The notes under the pieces are model-generated. The model did not search any database and was not told the origin of the DNA. It saw only the letters and a list, made by a program, of their open reading frames with translations. The position numbers were made by a program, and so were the translations under genes. Below, in pieces: positions 8,955 through 17,538 of a stretch of 64,000 nucleotides of DNA (positions are counted from its first letter, which is position 1; every line of letters begins with the position of its first letter). Origin of the DNA: Escherichia coli (GTDB lineage: Bacteria > Pseudomonadota > Gammaproteobacteria > Enterobacterales > Enterobacteriaceae); NCBI RefSeq assembly GCF_024700885.2, contig NZ_CP117016.1, one strand, 5' to 3'.

Positions 8955-9007
8955 TTTCTGGTGACGTTTGGCGGTATCAGTTTTACTCCGTGACTGCTCT
9001 GCCGCCC
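8955..9007 (+). ncRNA. dicF: DicF small RNA (ftsZ-targeting sRNA processed from the dicB operon transcript)
   Basis: 53-nt stretch tttctggtgacgtttggcggtatcagttttactccgtgactgctctgccgccc followed by TTTTT; matches the DicF sequence as I recall it and sits between ydfC and dicB. Confidence 0.75.
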
Positions 9008-9181
9008 TTTTTAAAGTGAATTTTGTGATGCGGTGAATGCGGCTAAGCGCACGCGGAACAGTTAAAACCAAAAACAGTGTTATGGGTGGATTCTCTGTAT
9101 CCGGCGTTAATTGTTAACTGGTTAACGTCACCTGGAGGCACCAGGCACCGCATCACAAAACTCATTGTTGAGGGCGCGATA

Positions 9182-9370
9182 ATGAAAACGTTATTACCAA
9201 ACGTTAATACGTCTGAAGGTTGTTTTGAAATTGGTGTCACTATCAGTAATCCTGTATTTACTGAAGAGGCCATTAACAAAAGAAAACACGAACGGGAGTT
9301 ATTAAATAAAGTATGCATTGTTTCAATGCTGGCCCGTTTACGTCTGATGCCAAAAGGATGTGCACAATGA
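9182..9370 (+). CDS. dicB: cell-division inhibitor DicB
   Basis: 62-aa product MKTLLPNVNTSEGCFEIGVTISNPVFTEEAINKRKHERELLNKVCIVSMLARLRLMPKGCAQ is near-identical to DicB as I recall it. Confidence 0.85.
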   Translation: MKTLLPNVNTSEGCFEIGVTISNPVFTEEAINKRKHERELLNKVCIVSMLARLRLMPKGCAQ

Positions 9371-9558
9371 ATCCAGTATTTGCACTTATTCTGACGGTTT
9401 TTCTTGTTTCCGGAGAGCCAGTTGATATTGCAGTCAGTGTTCACAGAACAATGCAGGAATGTATGGCAGCAGCAACCGAACAGAAAATTCCAGGCAACTG
9501 TTATCCGGTCGATAAAGTTATTCACCAGGATAATAACGAAATCCCGGCAGGATTTTAA
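9367..9558 (+). CDS. ydfD: YdfD-like small protein with N-terminal hydrophobic segment
   Basis: 63-aa ORF MNPVFALILTVFLVSGEPVDIAV...; ATGA overlap with dicB stop. Confidence 0.65.
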   Translation: MNPVFALILTVFLVSGEPVDIAVSVHRTMQECMAAATEQKIPGNCYPVDKVIHQDNNEIPAGF

Positions 9559-9651
9559 AACAGCACCGTAATAAATATCCAGTTTCATTCTTATATGTCA
9601 GCAATGGCAGAGATTTGTTCACCCTTAAATCTGTGATGAGGTTTATCAATA

Positions 9652-12093
9652 ATGAGCACTGATAAAGAAGAATTTGCACTATATTGCGAAGCAAAAAATG
9701 ACAAAGTAAGAAAACGCCTAGGAATTAAAGGTGGTTTTTACTGGACTACAGCAAAAAAATTATCTGTTGCAATCTCCCGCTGCATTACCGCAATGGATGA
9801 CAACGATTATGATGAAGACGACTTTAAAAAACCCGTCCGCGTCAATTTGCCCGTTGTTGACGACCTTCCGCCAGAAGGCGTGTTTGATACTGAATTCTGC
9901 AACCGCTATGAAAAAGGCGGGAAAGATGGCATCACAATGACATTTATCGGCCCTTCCCCCTCTGTTCAGGACAAATCAGCCAGCACTGATAATACCAACA
10001 TCAACGGCGAAGACATGACTGAGATTGAGGAGAGCATGCTTCTACCTGTCTCCGGTCAGGAACTGCCCATTCGTTGGCTTGCTCAACACGGCAGCGAAAA
10101 ACCAGTAACGCACGTTTCACGCGACGAACTCCAGGCATTACACATTGCACGGGCTGAAGAACTACCGGCTGTTACTGCCCTGGCTATTTCGCATAAAACC
10201 AGTCTGCTCGACTCGCTGGAGATTCGCGACCTCCACAAACTGGTTCGTGACACTGACAAAGTTTTCCCTAATCCTGGTAATTCAGACCTGGGACTAATAA
10301 CTGCTTTTTTCGAAGCATACCTGGACGCTGACTACACTGATCGGGGTCTGCTGACAAAAGAGTGGATGAAAGGAAATCGTGTTTCACGCATCACCCGCAC
10401 GGCTTCCGGTGCTAATGCTGGCGGTGGGAACAAAACCGATCGCAGTCCGAATTTAGTACACACCCTCGACACACTGGATGTGGAGATTGCAGCAGCCACA
10501 CTTCCGATGGATTTTAATATTTATGAAATTCCGGGCAGCGTTTATCGTCGCGCAAAAGAAGTAGTCCTGAAAAAAGAAAGTCCGTTCAAAGAATGGTCCG
10601 CAGCACTTCGTGCAACCCCGGGTATTCTGGACTATTCCCGCGCCGCTATTTTTGCACTTATCCGAAGCGCACACCCTGAATTTTATCACTACCCGGGACG
10701 CCTTCAGGGGTATATCAACGCCTATTTGACGGAAACTGATCACGAGAACCCCAGCAAGGAAACTCTCACAGCTGCCCGGCATACGCCGGAAAAAGATATC
10801 CTGGAAGAAATTAACCGCGAGGTGGTTACTGAGCGTGAAACAGAAGAAGAAAAACCACAACCATCTGACGCAATGGCAGGTGAACAGGCAACAACTGAAA
10901 CAATGGAACCGGATACAACTGAACATTGCCAGAACGCGCAGTCGCTGGATGCTCAGTCGCAGGTGAGTTCCGCTAACCAAGTAAAAGTCACCGCTGACGA
11001 AGTAAACAAAATTATGCAGGCAGCCAATATCAGCCAGCCTGACGCCGATAAGTTACTTGCTGTATCGCGTGGTGAATTTGTTGAGGGGATTAGCGACCCT
11101 AATGATCCGAAATGGGTCAAGGGGATCCAGACTCGCGATTCTGTGAACCAGAACCAGCATGAATCGGAACGGAACGACCAAAAAGCGGAACAAAACAGCC
11201 CAAATGCGTTACAAAACGAGCCAGAAACGAAACAATCCGAACCAGTAGCGCAACAGGAACCGGAAAAAGTCTGCACCGCCTGCGGTCAGAGCGGTGGCGG
11301 CAACTGCCCTGATTGTGGCGCGGTGATGGGCGACGCAACATACCAGAAAACATTCGATGAAGAGAATCAGGTTGAAGTTCAGGAAAATGATCCGGAGGAA
11401 ATGGAAGGCGCTGAACATCCACACAAGGAGAATGCTGGCAGCGCTCAGGACCACGCCAGCGATAGTAAAACTGGCGAGACGGCAGATCCCTTAATTACGG
11501 TGAATGGTCATCACGAAATCACATCCACCAGCAGGACGTGTGACCATCTAATGATCGACCTTGAAACCATGGGAAAAAATCCTGATGCCCCGATCATCTC
11601 AATAGGTGCAATATTTTTCGATCCGCAAACCGGAGATATGGGACCGGAATTTAGTAAGACTATCGATCTGGAAACTGCTGGCGGAGTCATTGATCGGGAC
11701 ACCATTAAATGGTGGCTTAAGCAATCACGCGAAGCGCAATCTGCCATTATGACCGATGAAATCCCGTTAGATGATGCACTGTTACAATTGCGGGAATTTA
11801 TCGACGAAAACTCCGGTGAATTTTTTGTTCAGGTCTGGGGAAATGGAGCCAACTTCGACAACACGATTTTGCGCCGTTCATACGAACGGCAGGGGATCCC
11901 CTGCCCGTGGCGTTACTACAACGATCGCGATGTACGCACAATCGTTGAGCTGGGGAAAGCCATAGACTTCGATGCCAGAACGGCTATTCCATTCGAAGGT
12001 GAGCGCCATAATGCACTTGATGACGCTCGTTACCAGGCAAAATACGTTTCAGCTATCTGGCAAAAACTGATCCCGAGTCAGGCTGATTTTTAA
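9652..12093 (+). CDS. YdfE-like large prophage protein with C-terminal DEDDh (DnaQ-like) 3'-5' exonuclease domain
   Basis: 813-aa ORF; the C-terminal ~190 aa carry exonuclease motifs (MIDLETMG..., ...[13 protein letters not shown]..., ...HNALDDAR); preceded by an acidic low-complexity linker and a Cys4 zinc ribbon (CTACG...CPDCG); in the ydfE position between ydfD and xis. Confidence 0.6.
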   Translation: MSTDKEEFALYCEAKNDKVRKRLGIKGGFYWTTAKKLSVAISRCITAMDDNDYDEDDFKKPVRVNLPVVDDLPPEGVFDTEFCNRYEKGGKDGITMTFIGPSPSVQDKSASTDNTNINGEDMTEIEESMLLPVSGQELPIRWLAQHGSEKPVTHVSRDELQALHIARAEELPAVTALAISHKTSLLDSLEIRDLHKLVRDTDKVFPNPGNSDLGLITAFFEAYLDADYTDRGLLTKEWMKGNRVSRITRTASGANAGGGNKTDRSPNLVHTLDTLDVEIAAATLPMDFNIYEIPGSVYRRAKEVVLKKESPFKEWSAALRATPGILDYSRAAIFALIRSAHPEFYHYPGRLQGYINAYLTETDHENPSKETLTAARHTPEKDILEEINREVVTERETEEEKPQPSDAMAGEQATTETMEPDTTEHCQNAQSLDAQSQVSSANQVKVTADEVNKIMQAANISQPDADKLLAVSRGEFVEGISDPNDPKWVKGIQTRDSVNQNQHESERNDQKAEQNSPNALQNEPETKQSEPVAQQEPEKVCTACGQSGGGNCPDCGAVMGDATYQKTFDEENQVEVQENDPEEMEGAEHPHKENAGSAQDHASDSKTGETADPLITVNGHHEITSTSRTCDHLMIDLETMGKNPDAPIISIGAIFFDPQTGDMGPEFSKTIDLETAGGVIDRDTIKWWLKQSREAQSAIMTDEIPLDDALLQLREFIDENSGEFFVQVWGNGANFDNTILRRSYERQGIPCPWRYYNDRDVRTIVELGKAIDFDARTAIPFEGERHNALDDARYQAKYVSAIWQKLIPSQADF

Positions 12094-12151
12094 TGTTCAA
12101 CCCTGATCGCCGCTAACCGCATATAGTTAGCGGCGGTTATGAGATATAGCT

Positions 12152-12355
12152 ATGAGCAGCTTATTTTTAACCGAAGATGAATTGCTAATATTAACGGGCT
12201 GCAAATATGCAAGCCACCAGCGAAAATGGTTAATGGAAAACGGGCTTCCGTTCTATACCAATCGTAGTGGCAAACCGATTGTCAGCCGGGATCTATTTAC
12301 CTGCAATAAAACTTTACCACCACGCGAGGTAGAGCCGAATTTTGGTGCGATCTGA
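12152..12355 (+). CDS. xis: excisionase (Xis-like)
   Basis: 67-aa ORF immediately upstream of and overlapping (ATGA-type) the integrase start. Confidence 0.6.
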   Translation: MSSLFLTEDELLILTGCKYASHQRKWLMENGLPFYTNRSGKPIVSRDLFTCNKTLPPREVEPNFGAI

Positions 12356-13380
12356 TGGGAAGACGAAGGAAAAATCCTGAACACGAAAAATTACCTCCAA
12401 ATGTATACCCAAATAAATATAGTTATGTATGGAAACCAACATCCAGAGAATCTGTAACACTAACCGCCATCAAGGATGGTTTAGCTGCTTTATGGAAAAA
12501 GTATGAGGAAACTGTAAATAATCGCGATCGTGCAATGACATTCGGTCGCTTGTGGGAAAAATTCCTCGCCAGCGCCTGTTACAGTGACCTTAGCCCAAGA
12601 ACACAAAAAGATTATCTGCAACATCAAAAAAAGTTGCTTGCCGTATTCGGTAAGGTACCAGCGGATTCCATAAAACCAGAACACATCCGTCGATACATGG
12701 ACAAAAGAGGGGAACAGAGCAAAACGCAAGCCAACCATGAAAAAAGCAGTATGTCCCGCGTTTACAGTTGGGGATATGAGCGAGGGTACGTGAAGGTTAA
12801 CCCATGTGCAGGTGTAAGTAAATTCAAGGCCAAAAACCGCGAACGATATGTAACCGACAAAGAATACCAGGCAGTATTAAGCGTTGCACCTCTTCCTGTT
12901 TTTATCGCAATGGAAATTGCCTATCTGTGTGCAGCGAGGGTTTCCGATGTGTTATCGCTGAAATGGGAGCAGATTGGAAACGACGGGATCTTTATCCAGC
13001 AAGGGAAAACAGGGAAAAAACAGATAAAAGCATGGAGTCCACGATTACAGGCGGCGATCGAAAAAGCAAAACAGTTACCAACATCCGCCTATGTAATCAG
13101 CAATCAATACGGCAACCGATATATGTACAAAGGCTTTAACGAAATGTGGGTAGAAGCAAGAAATCGCGCAGGCAAAATTTCAGGTATTTTAACCGACTTC
13201 ACCTTTCATGATCTGAAGGCGAAAGGAATTTCAGACTATGAAGGAAGCAGTCGGGATAAGCAACTTTTCTCTGGTCACAAAACCGAGGGGCAAGTGCTAA
13301 TCTATGACAGGAAGGTTAAAGTTTCACCGACACTTGATGTCCCGTTACCTGAAAATATTCCAAGAAAATATTCCAAGTAA
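12355..13380 (+). CDS. int: lambda-family tyrosine integrase
   Basis: 341-aa ORF starting MGRRR... like lambda Int; transcribed toward the tRNA-Ser 3' end, which lies 52 bp downstream. Confidence 0.85.
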   Translation: MGRRRKNPEHEKLPPNVYPNKYSYVWKPTSRESVTLTAIKDGLAALWKKYEETVNNRDRAMTFGRLWEKFLASACYSDLSPRTQKDYLQHQKKLLAVFGKVPADSIKPEHIRRYMDKRGEQSKTQANHEKSSMSRVYSWGYERGYVKVNPCAGVSKFKAKNRERYVTDKEYQAVLSVAPLPVFIAMEIAYLCAARVSDVLSLKWEQIGNDGIFIQQGKTGKKQIKAWSPRLQAAIEKAKQLPTSAYVISNQYGNRYMYKGFNEMWVEARNRAGKISGILTDFTFHDLKAKGISDYEGSSRDKQLFSGHKTEGQVLIYDRKVKVSPTLDVPLPENIPRKYSK

Positions 13381-13432
13381 TTCCAAGTGTGATTTTTGTC
13401 ACTGACTTAATGATGTATAAGTGATTGAATTT

Positions 13433-13522
13433 TGGCGGAGAGAGGGGGATTTGAACCCCCGGTAGAGTTGCCCCTACTCCGGTTTTCGAGACCGGTCCGT
13501 TCAGCCGCTCCGGCATCTCTCC
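13433..13522 (-). tRNA. serU: tRNA-Ser (anticodon CGA)
   Basis: Reverse complement reads GGAGAGATGCCGGAGCGGCTGAACGGACCGGTCTCGAAAACCGG...CTCTCTCCGCCA, a 90-nt class II tRNA with anticodon CGA and encoded CCA. Confidence 0.9.
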
Positions 13523-13615
13523 GTTCAGATGGTTGCCATGATGCCAGGAAATTTGGCATTTTAACAGTCCCTGTCCGTGCAATTTTGTTCAAGTGACGAG
13601 TTTGCGAGCAAAACG

Positions 13616-14413
13616 ATGATTAAGTGGCCCTGGAAAGTACAAGAATCAGCACATCAAACTGCCCTTCCCTGGCAGGAAGCACTATCGATCCCCCTTTTAA
13701 CGTGTCTGACGGAACAGGAACAAAGCAAATTAGTCACTCTTGCCGAACGTTTTTTACAGCAAAAGCGGCTTGTTCCTTTACAGGGCTTTGAACTGGATTC
13801 ATTAAGAAGCTGCCGGATAGCACTTCTATTTTGCCTGCCCGTTCTGGAGTTAGGACTGGAATGGCTGGATGGTTTTCATGAAGTCTTAATTTATCCTGCG
13901 CCATTTGTGGTCGATGACGAATGGGAAGACGATATCGGTTTGGTGCATAACCAACGTATTGTTCAGTCAGGTCAGAGCTGGCAGCAAGGGCCTATCGTTT
14001 TGAACTGGTTGGATATACAAGATTCTTTTGATGCTTCTGGTTTTAACCTGATTATTCATGAAGTCGCTCATAAGCTGGACACCCGTAATGGCGATCGCGC
14101 CAGCGGAGTTCCCTTTATTCCGTTGCGTGAGGTTGCTGGCTGGGAACACGATCTTCATGCTGCAATGAACAATATTCAGGAAGAAATCGAATTAGTTGGC
14201 GAGAATGCGGCGAGCATCGATGCTTATGCTGCCAGTGATCCTGCTGAATGTTTTGCCGTACTTTCTGAATATTTCTTTAGCGCCCCAGAACTTTTTGCTC
14301 CTCGTTTCCCTTCATTGTGGCAACGTTTCTGCCAATTTTATCAACAAGATCCTTTGCAGAGACTGCATCACGCTAATGATACAGACTCGTTTTCGGCGAC
14401 GAATGTTCATTAA
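13616..14413 (+). CDS. mtfA: Mlc titration factor A (MtfA/YeeI)
   Basis: 265 aa from internal Met [14 protein letters not shown]...; HEVAHKLD zinc-peptidase-like motif; conserved serU-mtfA-asnT synteny of E. coli. Confidence 0.85.
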   Translation: MIKWPWKVQESAHQTALPWQEALSIPLLTCLTEQEQSKLVTLAERFLQQKRLVPLQGFELDSLRSCRIALLFCLPVLELGLEWLDGFHEVLIYPAPFVVDDEWEDDIGLVHNQRIVQSGQSWQQGPIVLNWLDIQDSFDASGFNLIIHEVAHKLDTRNGDRASGVPFIPLREVAGWEHDLHAAMNNIQEEIELVGENAASIDAYAASDPAECFAVLSEYFFSAPELFAPRFPSLWQRFCQFYQQDPLQRLHHANDTDSFSATNVH

Positions 14414-14466
14414 TTAACAACTTTGCAGATTAATTAACCAATTGAAATGGCTTATGAAATTTAGTG

Positions 14467-14495
14467 TTGACAGACAAGGTACCGCTAAGTAATAT
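14467..14495 (+). promoter_or_regulatory. sigma70 promoter of asnT (TTGACA-17bp-TAATAT, GC-rich discriminator)
   Basis: ttgaca at 14467-14472 and taatat at 14490-14495, followed by gcgcccc; the same architecture precedes all four tRNA-Asn copies. Confidence 0.55.
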
Positions 14496-14513
14496 GCGCC
14501 CCGTTCTCACGAT

Positions 14514-14589
14514 TCCTCTGTAGTTCAGTCGGTAGAACGGCGGACTGTTAATCCGTATGTCACTGGTTCGAGTCCAGTCAGAGGAGCCA
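14514..14589 (+). tRNA. asnT: tRNA-Asn (GUU)
   Basis: 76-nt TCCTCTGTAGTTCAGTCGGTAGAACGGCGGACTGTTAATCCGTATGTCACTGGTTCGAGTCCAGTCAGAGGAGCCA; its 3' end is the HPI attachment site. Confidence 0.95.
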
Positions 14590-14750
14590 ATTTTCTGTTT
14601 TCTTGCATCCTTGCGAATCTTTATCTGATGTTGATTCAACAGGTTAGTGTGAAAACTCTTCTCGGTGCATTTTGATTTTACCCTACGCATCGGGAAAAAT
14701 TGGTGGTCAAATCTGGGGTCGGGTTAGTTCGATAATGGAGTGACCCCCAT

Positions 14751-16013
14751 ATATCCCTTACCGACGCAAAAATCCGCACCCTCAAGCCTTCTGATAAACC
14801 CTTTAAAGTCTCCGATTCTCACAGTCTGTATCTGCGGGTCAAGCCGGGTGGCTCCCGCCACTGGTATCTCAAATACCGTATTAGCGGTAAAGAATCCCGC
14901 ATTGCGCTGGGTGCCTATCCAGCCATCTCCCTGTCTGATGCGCGACAGCAACGTGAAGGTATCCGTAAAATGCTGGCGCTGAATATCAACCCGGTACAGC
15001 AGCGGGCTGCTGTACGTGGCTCACGAACACCGGAGAAAGTTTTTAAAAACGTGGCGCTGGCGTGGCATAAAAGTAACAGGAAATGGTCGCAGAACACCGC
15101 CGACCGTCTGCTTGCCAGCCTGAACAATCACATCTTTCCGGTCATCGGGAACCTACCTGTATCAGAACTTAAACCCCGTCATTTCATTGACCTGCAGAAA
15201 GGGATCGAGGAAAAAGGTCTGCTGGAGGTTGCGTCCCGCACACGGCAGCACCTGAGTAACATAATACGCCATGCGGTCCATCAGGAGTTAATCGATACGA
15301 ACCCTGCAGCAAACCTTGGCGGCGTGACCACACCTCCTGTCAGACGGCACTATCCTGCCCTGCCGCTGGAGCGGCTGCCTGAACTGCTTGAACGTATTGG
15401 GGCATATCATCAGGGCCGTGAACTGACCCGGCATGCCGTTCTGCTGATGCTGCATGTGTTCATTCGCTCCAGTGAACTGCGTTTCGCCCGCTGGTCAGAG
15501 ATTGATTTCACAAACCGAGTCTGGACGATACCCGCGACGCGAGAACCCATTATTGGCGTGCATTATTCCGGCCGCGGGGCAAAAATGCGAATGCCGCATA
15601 TCGTCCCCCTCTCAGAACAGTCCATCGCCATTCTGAAACAGATTAAGGATATCACCGGTAATAATGAACTGATCTTCCCCGGCGACCATAACCCGTATAA
15701 GCCAATGTGTGAAAACACGGTCAATAAGGCACTGCGGGTGATGGGTTACGACACGAAAAAGGATATCTGCGGTCACGGCTTCCGGGCAATGGCATGCAGT
15801 GCGCTGATGGAATCGGGTTTATGGGCAAAGGACGCAGTAGAACGCCAGATGAGTCATCAGGAGCGCAATACCGTGCGCATGGCTTATATTCATAAGGCAG
15901 AGCACCTGGAAGCCCGCAAAGCGATGATGCAGTGGTGGTCGGATTATCTGGAAGCATGCCGAGAATCTTATGCACCGCCTTATACAATTGGTAAAAATAA
16001 GTTTATCCCATAG
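14751..16013 (+). CDS. int: P4-family tyrosine integrase of the High-Pathogenicity Island; no canonical start codon in frame
   Basis: Frame open from stop at 14733 to 16013; in-frame N-terminal region ...SLTDAKIRTLKPSDKPFKVSDSHSLYLRVKPGGSRHWYLKYRISGKESRIALGAYPAIS... is the P4-type arm-binding domain, but there is no ATG/GTG/TTG before the Met at 14970 (codon 14751-14753 is ATA). The 5' coordinate is therefore uncertain. Confidence 0.75.
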   Translation: MSLTDAKIRTLKPSDKPFKVSDSHSLYLRVKPGGSRHWYLKYRISGKESRIALGAYPAISLSDARQQREGIRKMLALNINPVQQRAAVRGSRTPEKVFKNVALAWHKSNRKWSQNTADRLLASLNNHIFPVIGNLPVSELKPRHFIDLQKGIEEKGLLEVASRTRQHLSNIIRHAVHQELIDTNPAANLGGVTTPPVRRHYPALPLERLPELLERIGAYHQGRELTRHAVLLMLHVFIRSSELRFARWSEIDFTNRVWTIPATREPIIGVHYSGRGAKMRMPHIVPLSEQSIAILKQIKDITGNNELIFPGDHNPYKPMCENTVNKALRVMGYDTKKDICGHGFRAMACSALMESGLWAKDAVERQMSHQERNTVRMAYIHKAEHLEARKAMMQWWSDYLEACRESYAPPYTIGKNKFIP

Positions 16014-16206
16014 TATACTAACGAATCCCACACTCTGGCAAATTACCACCACCTCCACAGGAGGTGGTTCTATATAGACTTTTATCAACTTCATGACGAA
16101 AAACACCTATTTTATCCCAAAAGAAGACAATAGAGTCACAGAGGAATCAAAGAGCGACTCAATTGTCTTTGGACAGTCTGGTTGTGAGGTTAGAAAACAG
16201 TTACTC

Positions 16207-17511
16207 CTACACCATTAAATAGGGCGCAATGCTCGCTAATTTCTCCCGGGTTTCTGTCAGTTCGCGTTCCGGCGTAGATTGCGCGATGATTCCCGCCCCC
16301 GCCTGTATCCAGCAGCGCTGGCTATCCTGAAATACGGAACGCAGAACTAGCGCCGCATCAAAGCGCGTATCGTCCAGCAGCAGGATTGCGCCGGAATAAA
16401 GCTCTCGCGGCGTCTTCTCAATTTGCATAATCGCGTTCAGAGCAGCATTTTTAGGGATACCTGAGGCGGTAATCGACGGAAACAGCACGGTAAACGCATC
16501 CCAGGCATCCTTGTTTTCCGCAAGCTGACCGCTCACGCCAGACCCCAGATGCTGAACGCTGCCGCGCTGGCGAACCGACATTAAATCTTCAACCACCACG
16601 CTGCCCGGCTGGCAAACAGCCTCCAGTTCAGCAATAGCTTCTTTGACAGAAAGGATATGCTCAAGCACCTCTTTACTGTCGTGCAGCAGTTCTGCCTCTT
16701 TCGCCTTATTATGCTCCGGGTTTCCCATGCGATCGCGGGTGCCCGCAAGCGGTTCAGTGACCACTTTATTGCCCGTCACTGACATCACCAGTTCCGGGCT
16801 AAAGCCCAGCGCTTCGCGTCCTTCCTGACGGAACATAAACGAGCGCACAGGCGTGTTTGCCTGCCGCCCGTATAACAGCGTGGCGGGCATATCAATCCGC
16901 GATGGCAGGGGAATGGCGCGCGAGACAATCACTTTGACATACTCGCCACGGCGGATCTCCGCAACGGCGCGCGCAACCTGTTGTTTATATGCCTCACCAT
17001 TGAGGGCGGTATCCACCGCCAGTGGTGCGTTCTGCGTCGTTGTACCGGCCTCTTTTACCCACTCGCACAAACGTCGGCACCCGTCGGCGGAGTCCGCATA
17101 AACGGTGACATTTCCCTTTTCAAAAATAAGTTCTTCACGGGGAACGGTTAACGTCAGCAGCGGCCACTCCCCGGCGTTAAAGGCAATCCCCCGCGCATGC
17201 GCCGCAAAGTTGAACCCAACCTGTCCATATACCCGACGTCCTTTCACCTGAGGATGCGCCATAAAACGACGCGCGCAGTCGGCAATGGAATCCACCGCCC
17301 ATTTTTGCTCCCCAGCATCATCAATAAATGTCGCCTGCGTTCCGTCGGCATTAATGTGCAGCCGTGCCTGGCACCCTTTGCCTAAATACCAACAGGGTTG
17401 ACGCTCATAGACATAACACTCTTCTTCTGCGAACTGGCGTAAAACGCCAGAAATCGTCGGTAGCCATTGTTCCTCTGGTAACGCCAGATGTAGAAATTCA
17501 CTGATTTTCAT
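16207..17511 (-). CDS. ybtS: salicylate synthase YbtS (Irp9)
   Basis: 434-aa chorismate-utilising enzyme ORF; last gene of the ybtPQXS operon, next to int as in the Yersinia HPI. Confidence 0.9.
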   Translation of the reverse strand: MKISEFLHLALPEEQWLPTISGVLRQFAEEECYVYERQPCWYLGKGCQARLHINADGTQATFIDDAGEQKWAVDSIADCARRFMAHPQVKGRRVYGQVGFNFAAHARGIAFNAGEWPLLTLTVPREELIFEKGNVTVYADSADGCRRLCEWVKEAGTTTQNAPLAVDTALNGEAYKQQVARAVAEIRRGEYVKVIVSRAIPLPSRIDMPATLLYGRQANTPVRSFMFRQEGREALGFSPELVMSVTGNKVVTEPLAGTRDRMGNPEHNKAKEAELLHDSKEVLEHILSVKEAIAELEAVCQPGSVVVEDLMSVRQRGSVQHLGSGVSGQLAENKDAWDAFTVLFPSITASGIPKNAALNAIMQIEKTPRELYSGAILLLDDTRFDAALVLRSVFQDSQRCWIQAGAGIIAQSTPERELTETREKLASIAPYLMV

Positions 17512-17538
17512 CCCTTACCTCTCTGTGTTATTCCCGGA

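Noticed and set aside
9043-9588. 181-aa minus-strand ORF
   Set aside because: Runs antisense across dicB and ydfD, which have strong homology-based support; Cys/His-rich low-complexity translation typical of an antisense artefact.
10453-11454. Several minus-strand ORFs (175, 107, 101, 81 aa) inside the 813-aa exonuclease gene
   Set aside because: Antisense to a long ORF with clear domain motifs; the translations are Cys/Phe/Ser-rich and low-complexity.
13316-13592. Minus-strand ORFs of 88 and 61 aa overlapping the serU tRNA and the int 3' end
   Set aside because: They overlap a confidently identified tRNA gene and the integrase stop region; not coding.
14430-14690. 86-aa minus-strand ORF overlapping asnT
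   Set aside because: Overlaps the tRNA-Asn gene and its promoter on the opposite strand; artefact.
14740-14982. 80-aa plus-strand ORF with GTG start as an alternative beginning of the HPI integrase
   Set aside because: It is in a different frame from the conserved integrase sequence and its translation (MTPIYPLPTQKSAPSSLLINP...) has no integrase similarity.
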